NCBI GenBank assembly: GCA_946499835.1
Contig: CAMMTJ010000005.1
Coordinates: forward strand, 930-64,929
Origin: an uncultured Bacillota bacterium
GTDB lineage: Bacteria > Bacillota > Clostridia > Christensenellales > UBA1242
Length of the DNA stretch: 64,000 bases
Direction of reading: 5' to 3'
How positions within the stretch are numbered: position 1 is the first letter of the stretch; every line of letters begins with the position of its first letter. Of the stretch, positions 1-9,360 are shown in pieces. The translations under genes were made by a program, and so were the position numbers. The notes beneath the pieces were generated by a model, which saw only the letters and a list, made by a program, of their open reading frames with translations, made no database searches and had not been told where the DNA came from.

Positions 1-156
1 GCGCCAAGTCATGGCGAACCTATTATGGTTTATGAGCCAAATTCAAAAGGTGCGGATGCTTACCTGTCACTTGCGGAAGAGTTTTTGAACAGAAATAAAG
101 TTCGTTATAAAAACATAACCAAAGACACAAAAATTAAGTTGAGAGAGGTGAAATGA
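1..156 (+). CDS. parA: ParA/Soj ATPase, C-terminal fragment (runs off the window start)
   Basis: Frame 1 reads APSHGEPIMVYEPNSKGADAYLSLAEEF, the typical Soj C-terminus; its stop overlaps the parB start (ATGA). Confidence 0.9.
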   Translation, partial: APSHGEPIMVYEPNSKGADAYLSLAEEFLNRNKVRYKNITKDTKIKLREVK

Positions 157-1112
157 TGAGCGGAAAGAAAGGATTGGGAAGAGGACTAGAGTCGCTTTTT
201 GGCTTTTATGAGGATATTGGTTCTGAAACTATAACTAATCAAAAACCTGTTGAGTCAAAGCCACAATCAAAACAAAACGGTGTTACAGAACTTGATATAA
301 ACAAAATTTATCCAAATCCAAATCAGCCTAGAAAGCATTTTGATGAAGAGGCTTTGCAAGAACTGGCAAACTCTATCAAGTTGCATGGTATCATTCAACC
401 GATTGTGGTAAACAAAGAGGATGATGACAAGTATATGATTATTGCTGGTGAACGAAGATGGCGTGCGTCTCGCATTGCTGGACTTAATGTTGTGCCAGTT
501 GTAATTAAAAACTACACAGAAAAGCAAGTTAAGGAAGTGTCTTTGATAGAAAACTTGCAAAGAGAAGACCTTAATCCTATTGAAGCAGCAAGAGCGATCA
601 AGCAACTTATGGAAGAGTACAACTTCACGCAAGAAGCGGTCGCTGATAGAATTGGTAAAAGTAGGTCAAACATCACAAATACTCTTCGTCTTTTAACTCT
701 TTACCCAGAAGTTGTAAAAATGGTTGAAGATGGCAGACTTTCTGCGGGGCATGCAAGAGCGCTTGTTGTAATTGAAGATGCAAATCAACAAATTAAATTG
801 GCGCGTCAATCGGCAGACGGAAAAATGAGCGTGCGTGATCTTGAAAAAGCGGTTAAAAATGTGTTAAATCCACCTAAAAAAGCAGTTACAAAAGTGTCAG
901 AGCAATCGCTCGAACTTAAAGAATTGATTCAAGATATGCAAAGAGTGTTTGCAACCAAAGTTAGTGCAATAGGAAATGACAATAAAGGAAGAATATATAT
1001 TGATTATTATTCAAGAGATGATTTGGACAGACTTGCAGACATGATTGAATTGTTAAAAAAGAAAGAAATTACTCTTGCAGATCTAAGAAATTACAACAAA
1101 AGATCAAAATAG
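153..1112 (+). CDS. parB: ParB/Spo0J chromosome partitioning protein
   Basis: KGLGRGL N-terminus, NPNQPRK, IIAGERRWRA, IENLQREDLNPIE, HTH region GKSRSNITNTLRLL. Confidence 0.97.
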   Translation: MMSGKKGLGRGLESLFGFYEDIGSETITNQKPVESKPQSKQNGVTELDINKIYPNPNQPRKHFDEEALQELANSIKLHGIIQPIVVNKEDDDKYMIIAGERRWRASRIAGLNVVPVVIKNYTEKQVKEVSLIENLQREDLNPIEAARAIKQLMEEYNFTQEAVADRIGKSRSNITNTLRLLTLYPEVVKMVEDGRLSAGHARALVVIEDANQQIKLARQSADGKMSVRDLEKAVKNVLNPPKKAVTKVSEQSLELKELIQDMQRVFATKVSAIGNDNKGRIYIDYYSRDDLDRLADMIELLKKKEITLADLRNYNKRSK

Positions 1113-1125
1113 TAAAATTATTACC

Positions 1126-1153
1126 AAAAAGGCCTATTTTAGGTCTTTTTTTA
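1126..1153 (+). terminator. Intrinsic terminator after parB
   Basis: aaaaaggccta-ttt-taggtcttttttt hairpin with U-tract. Confidence 0.7.
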
Positions 1154-1365
1154 TTAAAAACACGCAATTTTCACCTTGCACCCTCAAAATTTCTCTAAAA
1201 CGCGTTCAAATCGATTTTTACTGTTTTGGACGAATATTCCCTCGTGAAAAAATGAGTAAAAAACAGTCTTTTTTAAGGTATAAAGTGTTGTTTGTGAAAG
1301 TCAACTGATACAATTTAACAAATTTTGAAAAACATGTGGGAAGGGTTGTTTTATAATCGTAAAAA

Positions 1366-1381
1366 TGTTTCACGTGAAACA
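1366..1381. promoter_or_regulatory. parS: parS site
   Basis: Perfect palindrome TGTTTCACGTGAAACA downstream of parB. Confidence 0.95.
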
Positions 1382-1542
1382 TTTTTTATATTGGATAAAC
1401 AAAGATAAAGTTTTACTTTTTGAAAAATTTTAGGATTTTGTTTGAAATATGGTTTTACAGGTGTTTTTTGATCAAAACAAAGAGTGTTTTTAATGCGTTA
1501 GTGATATTAAGGGTTGTTTTATACGCGATTGCTTGTATTGAA

Positions 1543-1558
1543 TGTTTCACGTGAAACA
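1543..1558. promoter_or_regulatory. parS: parS site
   Basis: Second perfect TGTTTCACGTGAAACA; flanking sequence resembles that of the first copy. Confidence 0.95.
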
Positions 1559-1773
1559 TTTTTATATGGATTTTACAAAAAAAATAATTGATTATGTGTT
1601 GCTCTTTTAATAAAAGTTTTAAGTTTTTTTATTAAAATCACCATATTTGACACTTTTTCTAAGCAATAGGCTAGAAGAGATTTGATTAAATAGGGTTTTA
1701 GTTAAGAAAATGAAGATATTTACCTATTATAACTGTTTTTTTTGCAAAATTATAATGTTTCTCCTAAAAAACC

Positions 1774-1802
1774 TTGATTTTAACATAAAAACTAAATATA
1801 AT
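1774..1802 (+). promoter_or_regulatory. SigA-type promoter upstream of a structured RNA candidate
   Basis: TTGATT (1774-1779), 17-bp spacer, TATAAT (1797-1802). Confidence 0.65.
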
Positions 1803-1808
1803 AAAAAT

Positions 1809-1891
1809 GTAATCCGCTGGGGCTAATACTGGTAGGCATTGTGCCCTTCCACTGTTAGCGATCTTGTAAAAGGTCGCGGATTTTTTATTTT
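1809..1891 (+). ncRNA. Putative structured small RNA, family unassigned
   Basis: GC-rich island in AT-rich DNA; outer stem aatccgc/gcggatt, inner hairpins ggca-ttg-tgcc and gcgatct-tgtaaa-aggtcgc, ending in a U-tract. Confidence 0.55.
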
Positions 1892-2813
1892 TGAAACTTG
1901 GTTTATGATTAAGTTTAGTGCTTGTAAGTTCATTTAGTTTGCAAAGCGTTAGGCGTTAATTAAAATTGTAAGAAGTTAGGCAAATATAATAAAGTAAAGA
2001 TTGCACAAGAGGATTTCTCCAACCTATCTTATATAAAAGCAAATTACCAATGAGATTTTCTAACGAAGTAGGAAAAAGGTTATGCTTTGGTAAGAGTAAA
2101 TAAAAAGGGGTTGATAAATAATAAGAAAAACGATCTTTTTGTTGTCTTGCAATTCTAAAAAGCAAGTTATAGACAAATGAAAATAAAACAACCTCATAGA
2201 CAAAAATCGAATTTCAAAAAGATAATTACAAACTTGAAGGCCGGGAGAAAAACCATTTGATCCTTAGAAGATTTTGGTTGATGCCGTAGACACCCTATGA
2301 GATGTTTGTTTATATTAAAAATAAAACGTCAGGATCACTTAGAACACATTTACAATATCTGTTATAAGCTTACTTTTAATAAAAGATCATAATAGTTTGT
2401 GTAGTTATGTAAAAATAACTTTGATATGATTATTTATTGTTGATTACAAAAATTCAGTATCGTTTTTGGATTAAAACCGTGCATAACATATTTCTTATTT
2501 AAGTTTATCTTTATGTATTACAATGTCGCAAAAATAACAAATAATCTTATATATAAACGCCAGGCACAAATCAACTTATAAAATCAAAGTATCAGGTTTG
2601 ATTATTCTTTTTTATTCTCATGTATTTAATTTAACAACAATCTTTTTATATTTGAAAACAAACAATATTTTTTTTGTAATTTGTAAGAATATGTGAAAGT
2701 TAGAAACAAAGACTCTTAAAAGATTAAATTGACCTTAAATGCAAACTAAATCTTTGAATTTTGTTTTGAGTAAAAATATAGATATGGTATAATCTTGACA
2801 AGGAGGAAATCAT

Positions 2814-3353
2814 ATGAAACTTAAAGGATCAAAAACTGAGAAAAATCTTATGGAGGCTTTTGCTGGCGAAAGTCAAGCAAGAAATAAATACACTTTCTAT
2901 GCTTCACAAGCAAAAAAGGATGGTTATGAACAAGTTGCTGCTATTTTTGAAGAAACAGCAAACAATGAAAAGGAACACGCAAAAATGTGGTTCAAAGAAT
3001 TGCATGATGGTGCGATTCCAGACACATACACAAATCTTCTTGATGCTGCTGCAGGTGAACATGGTGAATGGGTTGAAATGTATGTAAGAATGGCGAAAGA
3101 TGCAAAAGCAGAAGGTTTTACAGAAATTGCTAAGAAATTCGAAGGCGTTGCAGCAATCGAAAAACGTCATGAAGAAAGATATGCTCTTCTTTCAAAACTT
3201 ATCAAAGAAGGAAAAGTATTCAAAAAGACAAAGAAAACTGTTTGGATTTGCAGAAACTGTGGACATATTCATGTTGGAACAACTGCTCCTAAAGTTTGTC
3301 CTGTTTGTGCTCATCCACAATCTTACTTCGAAGTTTACAACGAAGAATTTTAA
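2814..3353 (+). CDS. rbr: Rubrerythrin
   Basis: LKGSKTEKNLMEAFAGESQARNKY, EKEHAK, C-terminal CRNCG...CPVCAHP rubredoxin domain; strong RBS. Confidence 0.96.
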   Translation: MKLKGSKTEKNLMEAFAGESQARNKYTFYASQAKKDGYEQVAAIFEETANNEKEHAKMWFKELHDGAIPDTYTNLLDAAAGEHGEWVEMYVRMAKDAKAEGFTEIAKKFEGVAAIEKRHEERYALLSKLIKEGKVFKKTKKTVWICRNCGHIHVGTTAPKVCPVCAHPQSYFEVYNEEF

Positions 3354-3698
3354 TTGAGATTTTTAATAAAATAAAAAAATAATGCTTGACATATGAGCAT
3401 AAAAGTTTATTATGGTTATAAAAATATAATAAAAATACTTTATTATTTAGTTATATAAAAATAACCATAGGGATAACATATAATAAAAATTTGCTGTTAG
3501 GTTTTTAGCAAATAATAATATTTTTATGCTAGAAGATTGTAGAGCATATACTAGCACATTATACCATTGAAATTTGATTTATTTTTTCTAAATCATTTTG
3601 ATGTCAATATATTTTTCTAAAAGTTTTTCTTAAAAATTTTTTTAGAAAAGGCACAAAGTGTGCATAAACTTATAAAACATACGTAAAAGGGGTCTTTC

Positions 3699-4514
3699 AT
3701 GATTTATGCTTTTATTGTTTTAATTGTCGTGATCTTTGCTTTTATGATCTATTTTGCTGTGCTTCGGGCAAGGAAGAACGGAACTGAGTATTATATGAAT
3801 TTGATCTTGCTCAAACGATACAATGCTCTTGCTAAAAAAGTTTTTGGCAAAACGGAAGAGTATCAGTTGAAATTTGTGCAAAAGGAAGAATTTCAAGCGG
3901 ATGACTTTTGTAAAAATATAGAAAGCATAAAGAAGATTGACAGAAATTTCTATTTTCTAAAAAAATATTTGGAAAGTGGCAAAAAAGATGAAAAATTCAA
4001 AGATCAGATAGAAAAAAATATAGAAATCATAAAAAGTGAGCAAACTTTTCAATATCTGGATAAAAATTTTCAATATGGAAAACTTCTTGAACTTGCTGTG
4101 CAAGCCATTCCATATCATCCGCTTAGCGAAGAGATTTCACCGCTATTTGGAAATGCCAAGGCTTATCATTTTGGCGATTTTGCCATGATTCCTGCTGGTA
4201 AAAATATCGTTTTTGTGAATGTGAAAGATGTTTTTGAAAGCAAGATTTTGACAAAAGGAAAAGTGAAATTTGCTTTGCATTTTGAGGAAGAACATGAAGT
4301 TGACTACGATGGTGAAGAGCCACTAGACGAACTTGATTTTAGGCAGGAAAAAGATGTCAAAGAAAATGGCGAAGAAGAAATTTTAACGCATGTAAAATGT
4401 TCGGTCTTTACATTAAAAGTGAAATTTGAAGATGAAGAAGTTGTCAAAAAAATTCATCTTATGAAAAGCAAGGATATAGAACTTGCTAGGCAATATGCCA
4501 AAGAGGAAAAATAA
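3699..4514 (+). CDS. Hypothetical protein with N-terminal transmembrane anchor
   Basis: 271-aa ORF with hydrophobic first ~22 aa and an upstream RBS. Confidence 0.7.
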   Translation: MIYAFIVLIVVIFAFMIYFAVLRARKNGTEYYMNLILLKRYNALAKKVFGKTEEYQLKFVQKEEFQADDFCKNIESIKKIDRNFYFLKKYLESGKKDEKFKDQIEKNIEIIKSEQTFQYLDKNFQYGKLLELAVQAIPYHPLSEEISPLFGNAKAYHFGDFAMIPAGKNIVFVNVKDVFESKILTKGKVKFALHFEEEHEVDYDGEEPLDELDFRQEKDVKENGEEEILTHVKCSVFTLKVKFEDEEVVKKIHLMKSKDIELARQYAKEEK

Positions 4515-4543
4515 AAGCATACCCATGTGGATATGCTTTTTTT
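4515..4543. terminator. Bidirectional terminator
   Basis: aaagcata...tatgcttttt hairpin between convergent genes. Confidence 0.65.
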
Positions 4544-5225
4544 AGTCGATATATGCACCATCTGGTTTTGGTTTGTAAGCGACAATTGCAATAAGTTTGT
4601 TTTTGTATTTATTTTCTTTTGTGCGTTGGAAATCGATGTAAAGTTTTTCTCTAAAAGTCTTTGTCTGTGCAATTTTGAATCCATGATCTGACAAAATGTC
4701 AACAAGTTCGTCTTCATCAAAAAACTGTCTTTTAAGCGTTTTACCATAAGGAGTCGTGTATGTGACAAGGTTGGTGTTTGGATCGTAAGAAGGGTTCATT
4801 TTTTTAAGATGTCTTTCTTTAATCGATCTCATAACGATATAAAACCATCCGCCTGGTCTGAGGACTCTATAAATTTCATCCAAAGCCTTTTCAAACTCTG
4901 CAAAAGTCAGATAATGTAGAACAAGACGGGCATAAACAAGGTCAAAGATTTCATCTGGATAAGGCATTGGATCTCTCACATCTTCAAGTTTGACTTGAAT
5001 TTGTTTTGTTAAGCCATATTTTGCAACCACTCTTTTTGAATAATCTTTTCCTTCTGGGTCAATAGTTGTGGCAATAATGCGAGTAGAGGCATAACGTTTT
5101 GCCATACGCACCTCAGCAGAACATCCTGTGCTTATGCCGATTGATAAAATATTCCTCATATTGTAAGGAATCAATCTGATTGCATAATCTTCTGTTTTGC
5201 TGGGCTTAAAAATTTTTTCTCGCAT
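4542..5225 (-). CDS. Class I SAM-dependent methyltransferase
   Basis: ILSIGISTG motif I variant, FDLVYARLVLHYL, EIYRVLRPGG. Confidence 0.85.
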   Translation of the reverse strand: MREKIFKPSKTEDYAIRLIPYNMRNILSIGISTGCSAEVRMAKRYASTRIIATTIDPEGKDYSKRVVAKYGLTKQIQVKLEDVRDPMPYPDEIFDLVYARLVLHYLTFAEFEKALDEIYRVLRPGGWFYIVMRSIKERHLKKMNPSYDPNTNLVTYTTPYGKTLKRQFFDEDELVDILSDHGFKIAQTKTFREKLYIDFQRTKENKYKNKLIAIVAYKPKPDGAYID

Positions 5226-5329
5226 TTGTGTTACCTTTTTTATTGTTTGCCTTTTTTCGAGGCTGTAATTATTATAGCAAAAAAACTATCTTTTTTCAAG
5301 AGGTAGAAAAGATCTAGGAAAATCAAAGT

Positions 5330-6022
5330 TTAGATTGAGTTTTCAGGAGTTTTATTGGAATGACCTTGCGCTTTGTCGTATAACTCATTTGTCAAAAAGT
5401 CACGAGCCATGCGACTGCTTTGAAAAAGTTCCAAAACAAAAGGCTTGTCATAGTTTTCAACCAGATATTTTGTAAGTAAATAATAGTCATTGTAATAATA
5501 GTTGCGAGGATTGAGAATTTTTTCTTTTGAAGCGGTTAATTGAAGATTCTGCCCCTCTTTTTGACCGCTCAAATAGGTTGCAATTCCTTCAACCAAATAT
5601 CTTTCAGTATAAGAGCAATTTTTTTGTTTGTTGAAATTTTCGTTTATAAAATGCACATATTCATGCAAGATTGTCTTTTTGTAATCTTCAATTGCTTTTT
5701 CATAGTCTTTTTCATCAAAAGCATGTGTCGTTCCGTTATAGCCATGAATTGAAAGGTAAGTGATGACTCCATCTCGGCAAGTGCCTCGGAGCCAACTTGG
5801 AACTTGATAATCTTTTGAGAGGCTTCTGCTGCTTTTGAAAACATTATCAAATTCTTCTTTGCTTGGAATAATGTTGATTTGAACTTTATCTTTTGGCATT
5901 TCTATTTCAAAAAAGTCAAGGGCTATCTTTGCATTTTCATCCAAAAATTTGGACAATTCATCTATCAAGTCTTGGTCTTTTTCTTGAAAATCAAAAATGG
6001 CAGTTTTACATATCTTTTGCAT
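5330..6022 (-). CDS. Putative zinc metallopeptidase (HExxH, gluzincin-like)
   Basis: ILHEYVH followed by LVEGIATYLSGQ. Confidence 0.65.
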   Translation of the reverse strand: MQKICKTAIFDFQEKDQDLIDELSKFLDENAKIALDFFEIEMPKDKVQINIIPSKEEFDNVFKSSRSLSKDYQVPSWLRGTCRDGVITYLSIHGYNGTTHAFDEKDYEKAIEDYKKTILHEYVHFINENFNKQKNCSYTERYLVEGIATYLSGQKEGQNLQLTASKEKILNPRNYYYNDYYLLTKYLVENYDKPFVLELFQSSRMARDFLTNELYDKAQGHSNKTPENSI

Positions 6023-6149
6023 AACTTACTCCTATGTGTCATTTCTATACGCAACTCACTCTAAACACGAGAGTGTTTGAGTGAAACAGGGAATTTTCTA
6101 GCGAAAACGCAAGGCTGGTGAAAGACAGGCTTGCCTGAGCGTGAATATC

Positions 6150-6286
6150 CAATCTTCTTTGACATGCTCCAAAGCAAAGGATCACAATAAATGCGAAAGC
6201 ATTTTTGTGAAGAGGAAAATTTCAAGCGCAAGGGTCGATCTGAGGACGGCGTCCGCAAGACGACAAAAGCGCAGAAATTTTCCTAG
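6150..6286 (-). repeat. tRNA-3'-associated modular hairpin repeat, copy 1 (modules A and B)
   Basis: Starts at the tRNA-Ser CCA; long stem aggaaaatttc/gaaattttcct, then tcacaaaaatgc-n-gcatttattgtga; homologous to copies at 12.3, 41.8 and 42.65 kb. Confidence 0.8.
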
Positions 6287-6373
6287 TGGCGTAGAGAACA
6301 GGATTCGAACCTGCGGAGGGGATTCCTCACACGCTTTCCAAGCGTGCGCCTTAAACCACTCGGCCATCTCTAC
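6287..6373 (-). tRNA. tRNA-Ser(GGA)
   Basis: GTAGAGA/TCTCTAC acceptor stem, anticodon arm CACGC-TTGGAAA-GCGTG, long variable arm, GTTCGAATCC, encoded CCA. Confidence 0.96.
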
Positions 6374-6493
6374 ATAGACAATTTATTCTATATCAAATTT
6401 TTCTTTTTTGTCAATGTTTTTGTAAAAATAAAAAGGTTGAAAAGTGGAAAGTGATGTGATATAATTGACATAACAAAAGAGGGGGGGGTGCAT

Positions 6494-7015
6494 ATGAATA
6501 ACGATGACAAACAATGGAATGGCGATTTGAAAAAAGAGGGAACAGTTTATACCTGTCATCCAAACAAATGGGACACAAGATTTGTTGAAATGACAAGGCT
6601 TGTTGGCACTTGGTCAAGTTGTTTGAGAAGGCATGTTGGGGCAATTATTGTTAGGGACAAGAGAATAATTGCAACTGGCTATAACGGTGCACCATCAGGC
6701 ATTGAAACTTGCAAAGAAAAGGGGGAATGCTTGCGTAACAAACTCCAAATTCCAAGCGGAACTCATGCTGAGATATGTTATGCAGCGCACGCCGAACAAA
6801 ATGCGCTCATGCAAGCGGCAAAATTGGGCATTGAGGTTGATGGTGCGACGTTGTATTGCACTCATCAGCCTTGCACCATTTGTTGCAAACTTATCATAAA
6901 TGCAGGGATCAAAAGAGTTGTATATGAGGATGGTTATCCAGACCAATTTTCATTGCAACTTTTTGATGAGGCTGGCGTGAGAATAGAAAAATATGAGGAA
7001 GAAATAGAAAAATAA
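6494..7015 (+). CDS. dCMP deaminase (ComEB family)
   Basis: SSCLRRHVGA, ATGYNG, HAEQNA and PCTIC zinc-binding motifs. Confidence 0.93.
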   Translation: MNNDDKQWNGDLKKEGTVYTCHPNKWDTRFVEMTRLVGTWSSCLRRHVGAIIVRDKRIIATGYNGAPSGIETCKEKGECLRNKLQIPSGTHAEICYAAHAEQNALMQAAKLGIEVDGATLYCTHQPCTICCKLIINAGIKRVVYEDGYPDQFSLQLFDEAGVRIEKYEEEIEK

Positions 7016-7043
7016 AAATAGGCAATCAAAAGCCTATTTTTTA

Positions 7044-8135
7044 TTATTTTGTCTTTTTTATTTTTTCCCAAGGAAACTCTTCTCTGCCAAAATGTCCAAA
7101 GCAGGCAGTTTGTTTGTAGATAGGACGCAACAGATCGAGTTCTTTGATTATATTATCAGGCGAAAAGTCGAAATTTGCATCAACAAATTCCTCTATCTTT
7201 TCCATAGGGACTGTGTTTGTGCCAAAGCATTCAATATATCGTGAGATAGGCTTTTCAAGACCTATGCCATAACTTACTTGAATTTCACATTCTTTTGCCA
7301 AATGATGGGCAACGATATTTTTTGCGACATAGCGAGCATAATATGCCCCAGACCTGTCAACTTTGGTTGCATTTTTTGAAGAGAAACAGCCTCCGCCAAC
7401 TCGTCCGACACCGCCGTATGAATCAACAATAATCTTTCGCCCTACGCAACCGCTGTCGCCATGACTTCCCCAAATGGTAAATTTCCCGCTTGGGTTTATG
7501 ATAAATTCGGTGTCTTTTGACAGATATTTTTTATACTTTTCAAGCACTGGCAATATGACCTGCTTTTTTATAACAGAACAAATCTTTCTGTGTGAAAGTT
7601 TTGGGCTGTGAGAAACAGAGATCAAAATGGTGGTGAATTTTTTTGGAGTGCGCCCATCGTATTCAACAGATGCTTGGCTTTTTGCATCGGCAAAAAAGTC
7701 ATCACGCGATCTTCGGAAGTTGTCATAACTTTTCATAAGTGCATGCGCCACCATTATTGTCAAAGGCATCAACTCTTCTGTTTCATCGGTCGCATAGCCA
7801 TAAACCATACCTTGATCGTTTGCGCACAACTTTCTTTTGACAACTGCCCTGTTGATGTCTGGACTTTGCTGGCTGAGTTCTTTGACAAAATCAAATTCCT
7901 CTTTGTATCCAACATCTTTCAGCACAGCGCGTGCAAGACCCTCATAGTCAATTTTTGCCTTTGTGGTTGCTTCGCCATAGATAAAAAGTTTGTTGTTTTT
8001 TATGGCACATTCAACCGCCATTTGGCTGTCTTTATCTTGCGAAAGTGCTTCATCAAGAAAAGAATCTGCAATCACATCGCAAGTTTTGTCTGGGTGTCCA
8101 ATATTGACACTTTCACTGGTTACAATTTTTTTCAT
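7044..8135 (-). CDS. metK: S-adenosylmethionine synthetase
   Basis: TSESVNIGHPDK, NDQG, GDSGCVGRKIIVDSYGG, KVDRSGAYYAR, FGHFGR. Confidence 0.96.
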   Translation of the reverse strand: MKKIVTSESVNIGHPDKTCDVIADSFLDEALSQDKDSQMAVECAIKNNKLFIYGEATTKAKIDYEGLARAVLKDVGYKEEFDFVKELSQQSPDINRAVVKRKLCANDQGMVYGYATDETEELMPLTIMVAHALMKSYDNFRRSRDDFFADAKSQASVEYDGRTPKKFTTILISVSHSPKLSHRKICSVIKKQVILPVLEKYKKYLSKDTEFIINPSGKFTIWGSHGDSGCVGRKIIVDSYGGVGRVGGGCFSSKNATKVDRSGAYYARYVAKNIVAHHLAKECEIQVSYGIGLEKPISRYIECFGTNTVPMEKIEEFVDANFDFSPDNIIKELDLLRPIYKQTACFGHFGREEFPWEKIKKTK

Positions 8136-8391
8136 TTTCTTCTCCTATCATTACGCCAAAAGAGAGTTTGTTTTTCCCGATAATGTTTTCTTGCCACAAA
8201 CTTTCGCTCAACCTTGCTATTTCCGATCCATGAAGAGAATAGTAAGGATGATACTGTTCCTGATCTGGCTGAAAAGACTCACCATTTATCCACGTATAGC
8301 CATTTGTGGAAATGCAGTGCTTAAATCTTTCAAAATGTTCTTTTTTCACATATATCCAGACGAGGTTATCTTTCAACAAACCTTTCAGCAT
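8113..8391 (-). CDS. Hypothetical protein between the SAM riboswitch and metK
   Basis: 92-aa ORF with AAGGAG RBS; overlaps the metK start. Confidence 0.65.
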   Translation of the reverse strand: MLKGLLKDNLVWIYVKKEHFERFKHCISTNGYTWINGESFQPDQEQYHPYYSLHGSEIARLSESLWQENIIGKNKLSFGVMIGEENEKNCNQ

Positions 8392-8440
8392 ATTTGACCA
8401 CTCCTTTTTCAAGAAGGCTTTGCAAGAGAAAGTGTTTCAA

Positions 8441-8468
8441 AAAAAGCCCATCTTGCGACAGGCTTTTG
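8441..8468 (-). terminator. Riboswitch expression-platform terminator
   Basis: Minus strand aaaagcc...gggctttttt hairpin just downstream of the aptamer. Confidence 0.6.
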
Positions 8469-8484
8469 TTTTGTTAAAGTTTTC

Positions 8485-8567
8485 CCATCGCGTCAGCCTT
8501 TAGCACCTTACTTTGCAAGCAGGTTGCTGTGTGGTCAAAGGGGCTGTCCCTAACACACTCTTTATGG
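8485..8567 (-). promoter_or_regulatory. SAM-I family riboswitch, compact with reduced or absent P4
   Basis: Minus strand ccatAAAGAG..AGGGACAGCCCC..GACC..CAGCAACC..AAGGTGCTAA.GGCTGA..gatgg, upstream of metK. Confidence 0.88.
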
Positions 8568-8637
8568 TCATGATTATGATAACACATTTTTTCTGCAAGC
8601 GCAACTAAAATAAGATATGTCAAAAATATTTTTGTTG

Positions 8638-9360
8638 TCACTTGATTTGGTAAGTTTTTCCTATTGGAGGCAAAATTATCTTTCCTTGATATTTTTCAGG
8701 CAACTGATCTGGCACATGATGAGTTGAGTAGAACATTTTGCCCTTAAACTCTTTCTGCAAAAGCAAGATCTCATCAGCAGAGAGGTGAATGTTGTTTGCA
8801 GGGCTCATGACACAGTCCAAGAAAACAATGTCGCTCATTTTGATTATTTTTATAAGTCCGTCACACATCGCACTATCTCCTGAAAAGCCGATAGTTTTTG
8901 AAGAGCCTTTTTGTTTTAAGATAAAGCCAAAAGGATATTTGACATTGTGTTTGACCCTCACCATCTCAATTTCATAATCACCAAGAGTAAGTTTGTCACC
9001 ATCTTTAAGTTCTATTATATTGAAAACTTCTTTAATATCTTTTTTTTTGCGGTATCCAAGTTCAAAGATTTTGAACATTCCCATAAGCCTTTTGAAAAGT
9101 GTTTTTGGCCCAACGACAGTGACTTTTTCAAGATTTTTTGTTCGCTTTTTGAGTGCGTCATAAATTATATGCAAGTCGGCAAAGTGGTCAGAATGGAAGT
9201 GTGTGATAAGAATATATTTGAGCTTTTCAAAATCATAACTTCCAAACAAAAACTTGGTGCTTGATTGAGGGGTGTCAATCAGCATTTCATCGTTGACAAG
9301 ATATTGTGGGTTTGGACGGTTTGTCCATGTGCAACTATTTCCTATTATCTTTATCTTCAT
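8638..9360 (-). CDS. Metallo-beta-lactamase-fold hydrolase (RNase Z-like)
   Basis: THFHSDH motif, FSGDS, plus later His motifs. Confidence 0.88.
   Translation of the reverse strand: MKIKIIGNSCTWTNRPNPQYLVNDEMLIDTPQSSTKFLFGSYDFEKLKYILITHFHSDHFADLHIIYDALKKRTKNLEKVTVVGPKTLFKRLMGMFKIFELGYRKKKDIKEVFNIIELKDGDKLTLGDYEIEMVRVKHNVKYPFGFILKQKGSSKTIGFSGDSAMCDGLIKIIKMSDIVFLDCVMSPANNIHLSADEILLLQKEFKGKMFYSTHHVPDQLPEKYQGKIILPPIGKTYQIK

Noticed and set aside
1890-2750. Toxin pseudogene downstream of the RNA candidate
   Set aside because: Partial manual translation gave no recognisable motif
1113-2813. oriC in the long AT-rich gap after parB
   Set aside because: No DnaA-box cluster is seen here; only parS sites and the RNA candidate are supported
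3354-3698. Structured RNA or contig junction in a very AT-rich spacer
   Set aside because: The hairpins are AT-only and expected by chance; the compositional shift could not be quantified by eye
6061-6377. Short ORFs over tRNAs and repeats (also 12261-12532, 19732-19935, 42642-42937)
   Set aside because: They overlap tRNA genes or palindromic repeats and lack RBS or protein motifs
6481-6488. G8 tract as a phase-variation switch
   Set aside because: Short, and coincides with the RBS of a housekeeping deaminase
8440-8570. SRP RNA
   Set aside because: SAM-I motifs and the position upstream of metK explain the sequence better
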